Virus record (IMG/VR): IMGVR_UViG_3300037391_000010
Span: 64,001 to 128,000 of that record
From: a virus
Length of the DNA: 64,000 nt
Direction: 5' to 3' (one strand)
The translations under genes were made by a program, and so were the position numbers. This document shows, piece by piece, positions 1 through 10,173 of this stretch. The notes under the pieces are model-generated. The model had not been told where the DNA came from and searched no databases. It saw nothing but the letters and a program-made list of their open reading frames with translations. How positions within the stretch are numbered: position 1 is the stretch's first letter; each line of letters begins with the position of its first letter.

Positions 1-341
1 AGGAGAATCCGAAGTCCACCGCCTACCTCAGCAAGAAGGACATCCGTAAGATGTACATCGGCGGTTTCTGGGGCGGGCCTACTGAGAAAATCTTGAGCAT
101 GGCGGAAACGATCAGTAAGAGGATCGACATCGACAACGCCAACAACTTTATCGCCACGTGGCACGACGAATCGCACATCAACCGCTACCTCTACGAGTTC
201 CCGCCAACAAAGGAACTGGATTTGCCGTACAACAACTGGACTAAGACCCCCAACATAAAAATCTGGCGCGTTCCCAAAGGCACGCCTAATCGTCCCGCCG
301 TGAACGGGAAGCAGCCCTTCGAGCAGAGGAACCTGCCGTGA
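1..341 (+). CDS. GT6-family glycosyltransferase, C-terminal part (5'-truncated by window edge)
   Basis: Frame is open from base 3 (ENPKSTAYL...MYIGGFWGG...WHDESHINRY). WHDESH.N is the GT6 signature. Paralogous to the GT6 domain of the next gene. Confidence 0.8.
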   Translation, partial: ENPKSTAYLSKKDIRKMYIGGFWGGPTEKILSMAETISKRIDIDNANNFIATWHDESHINRYLYEFPPTKELDLPYNNWTKTPNIKIWRVPKGTPNRPAVNGKQPFEQRNLP

Positions 342-2104
342 AAATTCTAGTGGCAATCTTGGCCTGTCATAGATACGTCGCAGGACGCGGAGCGGGCTGG
401 AATTGGACGAACAAGGAAAAACACGCTGCCTACAGTTCCGTAAACTCGCAAATCAAGGCGTGTCGCGACACTTGGGTTAAAGATTTGGCGGCGTACCCCA
501 ACGTTGATGTCAGATTCTTCTACGGGCGTGGAGCCAACCGTCAACCGTTACCTGACGAAGTGTTTTTGACTTGCGGGGATGATTACGCGAGCCTACCGCA
601 CAAGACAAAAGCCATGTGTCAGTGGGCAATCGAGCATGGTTACGACTACATCTTCAAGACAGATGACGACACCTTTGTGTGGGTAGATCGTTTGATGAAT
701 AGTGGGTTTGAGGGGCATGATTACGTCGGCGCTGTCAGCTACATCAGTAAATTCCCCTACGCTACGGGACTGGGATATTGGATAAGTGCAAAAGCGGCTC
801 GATTGGTTGCCGCTGGGACTCCAACGGGTTCTATGGAAGATCACTGGGTGGGCGAGGTAATGCACAAGCACGGGATCGCTCACGTGTGTGACCACAGGTA
901 TCGCAGTGTAGGTTCGAGATTCGTGGGGATCGGCGGCATGTTTAGTATGCCTGAATTTGCTTTACCAAACATCGCCATCCACCCATGCAACTCCGATATG
1001 TTGTATGCCTGCCATGTTCGCGCACATGAGACTGGCGTTGCTCCCAACGTGCCAATCAACCCAACAGCATTGGTCATCATAGCTACAGGCAGCCTGTACA
1101 GGCAACACGCTCGGGAGTTTATTGCGTCGGCAAAACAATTCTTCGTCCCGCACGACGTGGTGCTATTCACCGATGGCCCATCGGAGTTCGATGCTCCCGT
1201 GAAATTCAGACGAGAGAGCCTCGGCTACCCCCGAGCGACTTTGACACGCTACCACGCCATCTGGGAGGCGCGAGAGGTATTGTCAAAGTACGATCACATT
1301 TTCTACTCGGACGCGGATATGAAGTTCGTCGCTCCCGTAACAGCCGATGAGATTTTTTCCAATGGCATCACGGCTACCGAACATCCGGGATATGTTGGAT
1401 TGAAAGGGTCGCCAGAAAAGAATCCTAGTTCGGCGGCGTATTTACGAGATATTCGAACTTACTTCTGCGGCGGGTTCAATGGGGGTACGAGTAAAGCCTT
1501 TTTAGAGATGACCGACGTGATTCGGCAGGCGGTAGATGCGGATGATGCCAAGAACATCCTCGCCATTTGGCATGATGAGTCTCACTTAAACCGATACCTG
1601 TACGATCACCCGCCCGCGAAGGTTTTAACGCCCGCATTTTGCTACCCAGAGGAAGAACTTAGTTCCAATGGAAACGGATACTGGGGAAACATTTGGAAAC
1701 GGGCGCATCGCCATGGCATTGTCCCCAAACTGGTCTGCCTCAAAAAAGAATCACGCGAGAATAACGTCCCAACTCCAGTCCCCGTCCTAGTTGTCACGCC
1801 TCCCACACCTAAGCCCGTTGACCCGAGTGTATCGCGATGTAATCGTCACAATGTATACGCCTGTAGCGTATGCATCGCACGTGGTTGGGAATTTAGACAA
1901 TCAAATGCCCCCGCCCCCGCTCACACCGATGCGACTGTACGCGCTGCTTCACCGCAACAGACCACGCCCGCTCCGAGGATCGTTCCCCCCAACCCGCAGA
2001 TACAAAGAGCGGCATCGAGAGGTCTTACTGGGAACGTGAAACCGAGCCAAGGGGGGTTGTACCGCAACAATAGAGGCACAGACAATCAGAGGAAAATAAA
2101 ATGA
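338..2104 (+). CDS. Bifunctional glycosyltransferase: N-terminal GT31/Fringe-like galactosyltransferase + GT6 (ABO-type alpha-1,3-Gal/GalNAc transferase), with Pro-rich tail
   Basis: GT31 motifs LPHKTKA, FKTDDDTFV and EDHWVG. GT6 motifs IIATGSLY, VLFTD, YSDAD, FCGGFNGG and WHDESHLNRY. Confidence 0.8.
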   Translation: MKILVAILACHRYVAGRGAGWNWTNKEKHAAYSSVNSQIKACRDTWVKDLAAYPNVDVRFFYGRGANRQPLPDEVFLTCGDDYASLPHKTKAMCQWAIEHGYDYIFKTDDDTFVWVDRLMNSGFEGHDYVGAVSYISKFPYATGLGYWISAKAARLVAAGTPTGSMEDHWVGEVMHKHGIAHVCDHRYRSVGSRFVGIGGMFSMPEFALPNIAIHPCNSDMLYACHVRAHETGVAPNVPINPTALVIIATGSLYRQHAREFIASAKQFFVPHDVVLFTDGPSEFDAPVKFRRESLGYPRATLTRYHAIWEAREVLSKYDHIFYSDADMKFVAPVTADEIFSNGITATEHPGYVGLKGSPEKNPSSAAYLRDIRTYFCGGFNGGTSKAFLEMTDVIRQAVDADDAKNILAIWHDESHLNRYLYDHPPAKVLTPAFCYPEEELSSNGNGYWGNIWKRAHRHGIVPKLVCLKKESRENNVPTPVPVLVVTPPTPKPVDPSVSRCNRHNVYACSVCIARGWEFRQSNAPAPAHTDATVRAASPQQTTPAPRIVPPNPQIQRAASRGLTGNVKPSQGGLYRNNRGTDNQRKIK

Positions 2105-2895
2105 ATGTGATTTTTATGGGGGGGCTAGGCAATCAGATGTTCCAATACGCTTTTGGTGTCTCCGTAGCAAAAGCGAAGGGCGAAGATGTGACGTTCACGT
2201 GGAACAAAGGAGAGTGGCGTGCGTATTCGCTCGAAGCATTCAATTGTCGGGTAAATATGGTGCCGACGTTCACTGGTCAACAGTTCAATGAGCCCGTGTT
2301 CGCATACGATCCCAGCGTGTATACGCGGCCAAAGGGATCATCGTTCATTGGTCACTGGCAGACGGAAAAATACTTCGATGCCCCGCTTGTGCGTCAGGAC
2401 ATGACGCTCCGCAACCCCGTGAGCGACAAGACGAATGCGGTCGCCGATGCGATTCAAGCTGCGGGAGAGAAGAGTGCGTTCCTGCATATCCGCAGGACGG
2501 ACTACCTGATTCCGAAAAACGTTGAATACCACGGCGGGCCCACACAGAGGTACTACAACGAAGCCATCGAGCGTATCCGTGCCGCCACGCCAGACGCCAA
2601 GTTCTTTGTATTCTCGGACGAGCCCGATTGGTGCAAAGCGACATACCCCGACTTCACAGTCGTGGATCACAATCCAATGGGTGTAAACGGCAAACCCGGA
2701 CAAGAACACGAGGACATCTATCTGATGAGTCTGTGCCGACACGCTGTGATCGCCAACAGTTCATTTAGCTGGTGGGGAGCATGGCTTGGAGACACTCAAC
2801 CATCTCGGTTGGTGTTCGCCCCGAATCGTTGGTTTGTAGTTAATCTTGAAAGCAAGGATATCGTCCCTGAGAGGTGGACTAAACTTGGCAACTGA
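2101..2895 (+). CDS. GT11 alpha-1,2-fucosyltransferase-like protein
   Basis: GGLGNQMFQYA, HIRRTDY, FVFSD and NSSFSWWGAWL are canonical GT11 motifs. Confidence 0.9.
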   Translation: MNVIFMGGLGNQMFQYAFGVSVAKAKGEDVTFTWNKGEWRAYSLEAFNCRVNMVPTFTGQQFNEPVFAYDPSVYTRPKGSSFIGHWQTEKYFDAPLVRQDMTLRNPVSDKTNAVADAIQAAGEKSAFLHIRRTDYLIPKNVEYHGGPTQRYYNEAIERIRAATPDAKFFVFSDEPDWCKATYPDFTVVDHNPMGVNGKPGQEHEDIYLMSLCRHAVIANSSFSWWGAWLGDTQPSRLVFAPNRWFVVNLESKDIVPERWTKLGN

Positions 2896-3868
2896 TCTCA
2901 TTACTGGCATGGCATCTGGCTACACGTGGCAAACATTGCAGCCGTTCGTCCTTTCCCTGCGACGTTCTGGGTACGGGGGGCGGTGCGTCTTGATCTTCGG
3001 TGAAGGCCGTAAGGAGGAAGTCGGTCATGCTCCGGGGTACGAGCCGGGTGCTTATGCCGCAAAGGGCTACGTACACCCCGTGGACGCTGCGGGCGACAAA
3101 GAAGCATTGTACTCCAAGCTACTAGAGTACGGAGTTGAAGCGCACGATATCGGCACGTTTGACGAGCACCCGATCATGGCTCGATTTCCAGTCATAGCCG
3201 ATTTGATCGATAGCATTCAACCTCGTTACGTGCTGAGCGTAGACACCAAGGACATCGTGTTTCAATATGACCCGACGTTCTGGCTGGAACAGTATCTCGG
3301 AGACAAAAGCGTTTGTGTCGTATCAGAAGGCTCGACATACCAGCAAAGTCTCGGCAACGCTAACAACATCCGGGCGGCGTTTGGCGACGACATGTACGAA
3401 TCTATGAAAGACGAGATGGTGCTCAACGCTGGCGTAATCGCGGGTCTGCCAGAAGCAGTCAGCAAGCTGCACCGCGATGTGCATGAGCTTGCGCTAACCG
3501 ATCTGCGGTTAAAGGAAGCACAACCGGGGTACAAGGAAATGGTCGCCGATCAAACAGCGATGAACATACTTCTACGGCGAAACCCCTATCGCGACATGAC
3601 GCTTTTTGCTACTCAACATAATGGCTTTGTCGCGGAATACCACCACCTGCATTACAGTTGGGCTGGCGAAGAGCGTAAGTTTGAAATAGACCTCGCGGAA
3701 AACGTCAGCAGTGGTCAGCGCCCTGATTTGCCGTTGGATGAATACAACTACTATCGAGATGGGATCATTTACCCGGGTGGTAGTGAAATCCCGTTTGCGA
3801 TCTTCCATCAGTACATGGTCAACGGTGATTGGTGGGTGGACATCAAGGAAAAATACAAGGAAGAATAA
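2885..3868 (+). CDS. GT-A fold nucleotide-sugar transferase-like protein
   Basis: SVDTKDIVFQ.DP, LNAGVIAG, DQTAMN and HQY motifs. Probable TTG start after a GAGGTGG RBS; the ORF track starts it at 2846. Confidence 0.6.
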   Translation: MATDLITGMASGYTWQTLQPFVLSLRRSGYGGRCVLIFGEGRKEEVGHAPGYEPGAYAAKGYVHPVDAAGDKEALYSKLLEYGVEAHDIGTFDEHPIMARFPVIADLIDSIQPRYVLSVDTKDIVFQYDPTFWLEQYLGDKSVCVVSEGSTYQQSLGNANNIRAAFGDDMYESMKDEMVLNAGVIAGLPEAVSKLHRDVHELALTDLRLKEAQPGYKEMVADQTAMNILLRRNPYRDMTLFATQHNGFVAEYHHLHYSWAGEERKFEIDLAENVSSGQRPDLPLDEYNYYRDGIIYPGGSEIPFAIFHQYMVNGDWWVDIKEKYKEE

Positions 3869-3883
3869 TTATGAGGATCGCCC

Positions 3884-4564
3884 ATGCGAGTTAGTATCGT
3901 TATTCCGCTGTATAACCTACAGGATTTTGTAGCGCAGACCATTGAATCGGCGCTCGGTCAGACGTATGGGGACTCTGAAGTCATCGTTGTCAATGACGGG
4001 TCTACGGATGGCAGTCTTGCTGTGGCGCAGCGGTACGAAGGCCGTATCAGGTTGATAAATCAGAAGAATGTAGGGTTGAACGCATCACGTAATGCGGGGG
4101 TCGCTGTGTCCTCGGCTGAATTCCTGCTCCCCTTGGACGCTGATGATTGGCTATCGCCAACGTACCTCGAACAGACTATTCCTTTAATGATTGAGGGGGT
4201 TGGTGTGGTTTCTACGGATATGGACATGTTTGGCGTGGTCAATCGATTGCAGCCGATTGGACACCCCACCCTCCACGTCCAGAAATGGGCCAACACGATG
4301 CCCTATTGTTCGCTAATCCGACGCACGGCGTTTGACCAAGCTGGCGGTTATAGCTCCAACCCCGACATTCAAGCATACGGGGACTGGAACCTTTGGATCA
4401 GCATTTTGAAACGCGGATGGCGGGTTGCTCCGCTTCCGAAGCCGTTGTTTCACTATCGAGTGCGCCCCACATCGATGCGCTCTGAGGTGGAACCAAAACA
4501 TGCGGAGATGGCGCTTGCCATTCGCCGCAATCACCCAGACCTGTTTAGGCCGGAGGAAAGATGA
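3884..4564 (+). CDS. GT2 glycosyltransferase
   Basis: VSIVIPLYN, VNDGSTD, RNAG, PLDADD and DWNLWI motifs. Confidence 0.9.
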   Translation: MRVSIVIPLYNLQDFVAQTIESALGQTYGDSEVIVVNDGSTDGSLAVAQRYEGRIRLINQKNVGLNASRNAGVAVSSAEFLLPLDADDWLSPTYLEQTIPLMIEGVGVVSTDMDMFGVVNRLQPIGHPTLHVQKWANTMPYCSLIRRTAFDQAGGYSSNPDIQAYGDWNLWISILKRGWRVAPLPKPLFHYRVRPTSMRSEVEPKHAEMALAIRRNHPDLFRPEER

Positions 4565-5553
4565 AGATACTCGTTACTGGGGGTGCTGGCTTTATCGCCA
4601 GTCACTTTATTGATCGCGTTCTACGCACCACGGATTGGCACGTCACAGTCGTTGACCAATTTACATACGCTTCGAATGGCCTGACTCGGCTGAAGGAAAT
4701 CGGGGCGTATGACAATTCACGAGTTAAAATCCACGTCCGTGACTGTGCGCGTCCTCTCGGCTCCTGCTTGGAAGATGAAATAGGCCACATCGACTACTTG
4801 CTACACATGGCGGCTGGCACGCATGTGGACAACTCCATAGCCTGCCCGAGAGATTTTGTCGAAGCGAACATTTTCGGCACCTTTGAGATGCTGGAATACG
4901 CTCGCCGCATACAGGGGCTCCAGAAATTCGTCTATTTCTCCACGGATGAAGTTTACGGCCCAGCAGCCGTTGGTCAGAAGTTCGAGGAGTGGGACAGATA
5001 CAACTCCTGCAACCCCTACTCCGCTACCAAGGCGGGTGGTGAGGAGCTTTCTCTCGCATGGGCTAACACTTACGGCGTACCTGTGGTTATCACTCACACC
5101 ATGAACGTGATCGGTGAAAGGCAGCACCCAGAAAAATTCGTGCCGAGGGTTGTTCGCAGCGTACTTGCGGGCAAGGAAATTCAGATACACACAGACCCCA
5201 AAACGGGAAAACCGGGAAGCCGCCACTACCTGCATTGCCGAGATGTGTCGGACGCCGTAATGTTCTTGCTACCTCGTGCCGAGATTCGCCAGAAGTACAA
5301 CATCGCTGGTGAGGTGGAGATTTCCAATCTCGAAGTTGCACAGGGTATCGCCGAAGTTCTGGGTAAGAAACTCAAGTATAAGCAGGTGAATCCGACCGAC
5401 GTAAGACCGGGGTTTGATGTGCGGTACGGTCTCAGCGGCAAAAAGATGGCGGACATGGGTTGGAAGCCCGCCCATAGCTTCAAAGAAAACATTAAAGACC
5501 TCGTGGAATGGATGGTCAGACCGGAGAATGAACATTGGCTGAAGATTGGGTAG
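4561..5553 (+). CDS. dTDP-glucose 4,6-dehydratase-like (RmlB/RfbB family SDR)
   Basis: GGAGFIASH, HVDNSI, STDEVYG and PYSATK motifs. Confidence 0.85.
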   Translation: MKILVTGGAGFIASHFIDRVLRTTDWHVTVVDQFTYASNGLTRLKEIGAYDNSRVKIHVRDCARPLGSCLEDEIGHIDYLLHMAAGTHVDNSIACPRDFVEANIFGTFEMLEYARRIQGLQKFVYFSTDEVYGPAAVGQKFEEWDRYNSCNPYSATKAGGEELSLAWANTYGVPVVITHTMNVIGERQHPEKFVPRVVRSVLAGKEIQIHTDPKTGKPGSRHYLHCRDVSDAVMFLLPRAEIRQKYNIAGEVEISNLEVAQGIAEVLGKKLKYKQVNPTDVRPGFDVRYGLSGKKMADMGWKPAHSFKENIKDLVEWMVRPENEHWLKIG

Positions 5554-6125
5554 CAAAATGGTTCGCTGATGGTGCGGAAGAAAACTTACGGCTGGGGTAT
5601 TCCCTAAGCTCGGACAGCGTTGTGTTCGACGTGGGGGCGTATGACGGCGGCTGGTCTGCTGATTTAATTCGGCACACTGGTGTCCATCCTCGACTATTTG
5701 TAGTTGAGCCTCTGGAAGGGATGTCCCAAGTTGCCGCCCAACGTTTGAAGGGCGAGAACGTCACCATCATCAATGCGGCGTTGTCGGATCGAACAGGCGA
5801 GGCTCAAATCCATGATTACAGCCACGAATCCAGTATGCACAGGCCCGGGAATCGCACGATAAAAACGGTGGATGCTGCGGAAGTTGTGAGAGCTTTTCCC
5901 CGTATAGACCTGATGAGCATCAACGTTGAGGGGCACGAGTTCGTGATTGTCAAAAGGCTTCTGGATGCGGGGCTCATCCAGATCATAGAGAATTTGCAGG
6001 TGCAGTTTCACACTTTTGTCCCCAACGCAGTAGAGATGCGCGACGAGCTTAGGGCACGGCTGGCTGTAACTCACACGGAAGTTTACTGCTATCCGTTTGT
6101 TTGGGAAAATTGGAGAAAGAAATGA
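5535..6125 (+). CDS. FkbM-family methyltransferase
   Basis: VFDVGAY.G, VVEP, INVEGHEF and LQVQFH motifs. Confidence 0.8.
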   Translation: MAEDWVAKWFADGAEENLRLGYSLSSDSVVFDVGAYDGGWSADLIRHTGVHPRLFVVEPLEGMSQVAAQRLKGENVTIINAALSDRTGEAQIHDYSHESSMHRPGNRTIKTVDAAEVVRAFPRIDLMSINVEGHEFVIVKRLLDAGLIQIIENLQVQFHTFVPNAVEMRDELRARLAVTHTEVYCYPFVWENWRKK

Positions 6126-6726
6126 ACGAACTCTGCACACTCGGGGCAAAGCACAGGACGGATAAACATAACGCCAAAAACTTCCCTGAAGAAGGCGATC
6201 TGACATCCGTCTATCACGGTCTTCTGAAGGATCGTAAAGATGATGTTCGGAAGGTTCTGGAGATCGGGATTGGGCACACCGTAGCGGGACGAGAAGGTTG
6301 GATGGGGACTATAGACGACTACCATGCGGGGGCCAGTCTGTTCATGTGGGAAGAGTATTTCCCTAACGCGGAGATTTTTGCGCTGGATATTGTCGTTGAG
6401 GCGCTCATCAATCAAGGCCGCATTCGTTCTTTTTGGTGCGACCAGAGCAGCGAAAGCTCTCTACGAGAAATTATCCCCACGCTCGGAAGTGATTTCGATC
6501 TCATTATAGACGACGGTTCTCACATGGTCGATCATCAAATCCTGACGGCCAACACCTTTATGCCCCTGCTTGGGTCGAATGGATTTACGTCATCGAAGAC
6601 ATCCACCTGAAAGATAGGGAGATGATAAAGGACGGAATCAAGTACCCGTCTGAGTTTAGAGAAGTCATAGACACGGAAGGTCTGATCGGCGACCTAATGC
6701 TGATCTTTAAGAAGGAGAGTGTATGA
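6122..6726 (+). CDS. Class I SAM-dependent (sugar O-)methyltransferase, split by a single-base frameshift near 6581
   Basis: VLEIGIG, ALDI and IIDDGSH motifs. The conserved (G)IYVIED continues in another frame to TGA at 6724-6726, which overlaps the next ATG (ATGA). Confidence 0.7.
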
Positions 6727-7700
6727 GTAACGTAATGGTGACAGGCGCGGGCGGGTTCATCGGGCATCATCTGGTCAAGCGGCTGAAAGCAGAAGGGCAC
6801 TTCGTTCGCGGCATCGATATCAAATACCCCGAGTTCGAAAAGACGGCAGCGGATGAGTTCTGGATTTACGACTTGCGCTGGGATCATAACGCCATCCACG
6901 CCTTCAATGGTGAGCCATTCTGCATTCGTGAGTTCGATGAGGTTTACAACTTAGCGGCAGACATGGGCGGCATCGGCTACATCACGCAATACCTCGCCGA
7001 TATCGCTCGCAACAATATCTTGATTAACGTCAACATGTTGGAGGCGGCACGGAGATTCGATGTCAAGAGCTACCTCTACACGTCTTCGGCCTGCGTGTAC
7101 AACCAAGACAAGCAGCGGGACGCCAACGTGGTGCCGCTGAAAGAAGAGGACGCCTATCCCGCGTTACCAGAACGTGGATACGGCTGGGAGAAACTGTTCG
7201 CCGAGCAGATGTGCGAATACTATCAGCACGATTACAATCTCGACATCCGTATGGTGAGATTCCATAATGTCTACGGCCCGCTCGGGACATACGACGGCGG
7301 TAAGGAGAAGTCCCCCGCAGCCATCTGCCGTAAGGTTGCGCTGGCAGACAATGGCAGCGAGATCGAAGTGTGGGGTGACGGGCAGGCTACCCGCAGCTAC
7401 ATGTACATCGATGACTGCGTTGAGGGACTGAGACGCATCATGGCCTCGGGCTACCAGAAGCCACTGAACCTCGGCACCGACGAGCTTGTCACAATAGACG
7501 GTCTGGTGGACATCGTGTGCGGTATCGCTGGGAAGACCTTGGAGAAGAAACATGATCTCACCAAGCCGCAGGGTGTACGCGGTCGCAACAGCGACAACAA
7601 CCTGCTCCGTAATGTCCTCGGGTGGGAACCAAAGACCTTACTTGCTGACGGACTGCAACCGACATACGAGTGGATCAAAGATCAAGTCCACGGGAGCTAG
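6723..7700 (+). CDS. NAD-dependent epimerase, GDP-mannose 3,5-epimerase-like
   Basis: GAGGFIG, LAADMGGIGYI, SSACVY, YGWEKL, EKSPAAICRK and GVRGRNSDN are typical of the GME family. Confidence 0.85.
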   Translation: MSNVMVTGAGGFIGHHLVKRLKAEGHFVRGIDIKYPEFEKTAADEFWIYDLRWDHNAIHAFNGEPFCIREFDEVYNLAADMGGIGYITQYLADIARNNILINVNMLEAARRFDVKSYLYTSSACVYNQDKQRDANVVPLKEEDAYPALPERGYGWEKLFAEQMCEYYQHDYNLDIRMVRFHNVYGPLGTYDGGKEKSPAAICRKVALADNGSEIEVWGDGQATRSYMYIDDCVEGLRRIMASGYQKPLNLGTDELVTIDGLVDIVCGIAGKTLEKKHDLTKPQGVRGRNSDNNLLRNVLGWEPKTLLADGLQPTYEWIKDQVHGS

Positions 7701-7702
7701 GG

Positions 7703-8392
7703 ATGGCCGATAAGGTTTCCATCGTAATTCCCTGCTACAATCACGCACAATATTTGCCGCAGTCTATTGAGTCGGCACTCGCCCAAGACTACGACAACTT
7801 TGAAGTGATCGTGGTAAATGATGGTTCCACGGATAATTCGCTCGCTGTCGCTACGAGTTACGGGGAAAGAATCAAGGTTGTATCGCAGGCAAACCAAGGT
7901 CTCTCCCCCGCTAGAAACGCGGGAATTTCCGCTGCCACGGCTGAGTTCATCCTTCCTCTTGACGCCGATGATTGGGTCGAACCTGCCTATTTGAAAAAGA
8001 CGGTGCCCCTGATGCAGGAGCGTGTGGGTGTAGTTGGCACGCATACTGCCTGCTTCGGTTTGGGCGATCACGTCTGGCGTACATTTTCACCGACTATGGA
8101 GCAACTTAAAAATGATAACTCCATCCCCGTCTGTTCGCTGATTAGACGTAGTGTGCTTCAAGAAGTCGGCGGGTACAACCCCGCTCTGAGCGGGTATGAC
8201 AAAGAACACATCGGATACGAGGACTGGAACCTCTGGATTGACATCATGAAACGGGGGTGGAAAGTTGTCATCATCTCCGAGGCATTATTTCACTATCGCG
8301 AAAAGCAGGGTTCGATGAGCAGAAGGGCGAATAGACCAAAATTGATGGCAAAAATCAGGTCACTTCATCCTGATTTGTGGCCGAGGGGTTAA
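7703..8392 (+). CDS. GT2 glycosyltransferase (paralog of 3884..4564)
   Basis: VSIVIPCYN, NDGSTD, LDADD and YEDWNLW motifs. Confidence 0.9.
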   Translation: MADKVSIVIPCYNHAQYLPQSIESALAQDYDNFEVIVVNDGSTDNSLAVATSYGERIKVVSQANQGLSPARNAGISAATAEFILPLDADDWVEPAYLKKTVPLMQERVGVVGTHTACFGLGDHVWRTFSPTMEQLKNDNSIPVCSLIRRSVLQEVGGYNPALSGYDKEHIGYEDWNLWIDIMKRGWKVVIISEALFHYREKQGSMSRRANRPKLMAKIRSLHPDLWPRG

Positions 8393-8393
8393 A

Positions 8394-8762
8394 ATGAACC
8401 AAGTTCTCGTAGAGTCGCTGAGACAGAAACAAGACCCATTACAACGTCCTCCGTGGAGTCAGTCATGGAGACGCGACCCGATTACCTCCGAGGAGATTCA
8501 GCAAGCACTTCAAGACCCCGCACTAGACGAACAGGGCCGACCATGGACGAAACATTGCGGTTCTTGGACGAGGGATGAAACATCCAGCCGCAAGAGTCAT
8601 GTCTACAGGATCGCCTATTTCGTGAAGCACCGCGAGGCCGCTGCACCAATTACCCTGAAAGCCAGCGGTTCGATGTTCGATGGCTATCATCGGTTGGCGG
8701 CTGCTATATACTGTGGGGATGAGTATATTGCCGTAGGAGAAGGCTTAGCTGCGGGAGTATAA
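8394..8762 (+). CDS. ParB/Srx-like N-terminal domain protein
   Basis: PI...FDGYHRLAAA motif. Confidence 0.6.
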   Translation: MNQVLVESLRQKQDPLQRPPWSQSWRRDPITSEEIQQALQDPALDEQGRPWTKHCGSWTRDETSSRKSHVYRIAYFVKHREAAAPITLKASGSMFDGYHRLAAAIYCGDEYIAVGEGLAAGV

Positions 8763-8889
8763 AGGGCTGCGACTTTCTGCCCGCCAGCCGCAGCCCGTGC
8801 AAGGTGCCGAAACTGTCATGACAGTCCCAGCGAGCGGCCATGCCCGCAAACCCAGCAAGAGCCGGGTTACATAGGCGGCGGGAAATTTG

Positions 8890-9732
8890 TTACCCGTTCT
8901 GCCCGAACAGGTAAGCCAAAATGTTTGTCCCCACGGTGTTTCCAGTTACGTTCACGCGGAGATAGTTGAAGAACAAGCAACTCGGTGCCCACATAATAAC
9001 CTTCGTGGCAGCCGAGGCCCACACGCCCGTACCGTCGTATGAAATTTCGGATTGCCCGACGATGGGAGTTGCCGAGTTGAGGTTTCCAGTCAGGTTTGCC
9101 CCGATGTTTGGCGTACCAGTGGTGTTGGATACTGGGGGAATCGTCTGATTGTTCAGCCATGCGTAGAGAGTAAATGTCTGATTGACGTTGATCGGGCCGT
9201 TGGCGACGGCAAGGTTGCCGAACGTCTGGCCTGAACCATACATTGGATTCTGGAGGACATACGCCCCGCCATTGAGACTGACGTACACGTTGTAGCCTGT
9301 GGCATACGGCCCGCCAGTGGTGGTATCGGGGCCCGGAGCCCCAACTAAAAGAGTGTTACCCGCGCTCACCGCGAGTGTGGCAATGCTACTGGCGATGGTC
9401 TCACCTTGCAAATTGACGTAGGTGAGCTTCACCCCGTAAGTGGCGGCGGGGTATACATACGCCTGCTGGTCACCGTTGTTGCTGGGGGTGAACTGACTGA
9501 GAACCGGTGTGGAAGGAGCGGCGATCTGTGTGGCAAGGTTGTCGATATTGACGTTGGGATCGTTCGAAGCTTCGACCCAGATGTTGGCTAACGCTGGGAT
9601 TGCCACTGTAGCCCCTGAGGAATTCGTAGCGGTGATCTCCACTGAGGACGACACGAAATTCGAGGTGTTCCGCCATGCCCCGTTCGCGGCGGCGAGGGCT
9701 GTGTTGAGGATCAGGTTATTGACAATCTGCAT
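8890..9732 (-). CDS. Hypothetical beta-rich protein, probably virion structural
   Basis: Good RBS (AAGGAG). Rich in N/T/G/V. LTYVN..GET and GYNVY motifs resemble those of phage tail/neck proteins. Confidence 0.55.
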   Translation of the reverse strand: MQIVNNLILNTALAAANGAWRNTSNFVSSSVEITATNSSGATVAIPALANIWVEASNDPNVNIDNLATQIAAPSTPVLSQFTPSNNGDQQAYVYPAATYGVKLTYVNLQGETIASSIATLAVSAGNTLLVGAPGPDTTTGGPYATGYNVYVSLNGGAYVLQNPMYGSGQTFGNLAVANGPINVNQTFTLYAWLNNQTIPPVSNTTGTPNIGANLTGNLNSATPIVGQSEISYDGTGVWASAATKVIMWAPSCLFFNYLRVNVTGNTVGTNILAYLFGQNG

Positions 9733-9840
9733 GATGAACTCCTTGCTATTAAAGCACCCGAAAGTCGAAACATCGTCAAAAAGAGGTTATAAACGGGAAA
9801 ACTCAACTACCAAACGCTTCTCTCAGAGAGGTCTATCACC

Positions 9841-10161
9841 ATGGGCAAGCTGCGTGCCGTTACCAGTTTCGGGTTAGGGGCTCAAAAGTCCGCTGATTCC
9901 AGCGTTTTCTCGGTCAACCACTTCATTTCCAGCACTCCCCTACCCCCCGCTCTCAAGCAAAAGATCGCCAGCATGGGGCTGGAACGAGTCGCAGGCAACG
10001 TTTATGAGTGCCCCAGCACCCGAGATTTTTGGAAGGTTAAGGGCAACAGTATTATCAAGTTGGTGGGCGACGAAGTAGACAGCGGCGAATCAATCAAGGC
10101 AGCACCCAAGAACGATCCCATGGGTTTCATGGGTTCTCTGATGGACGACATCGAATTCTAA
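9841..10161 (+). CDS. Hypothetical protein (first gene of putative head/cargo operon)
   Basis: ORF with GAGAGG RBS; contains KSA and KIAS motifs. Confidence 0.65.
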   Translation: MGKLRAVTSFGLGAQKSADSSVFSVNHFISSTPLPPALKQKIASMGLERVAGNVYECPSTRDFWKVKGNSIIKLVGDEVDSGESIKAAPKNDPMGFMGSLMDDIEF

Positions 10162-10173
10162 GGCAGGAAAATC

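Noticed and set aside
6570-6726. Programmed frameshift or pseudogene in the methyltransferase
   Set aside because: There is no slippery site, and a single missing base restores the conserved motif and the ATGA coupling. A sequencing indel is most likely.
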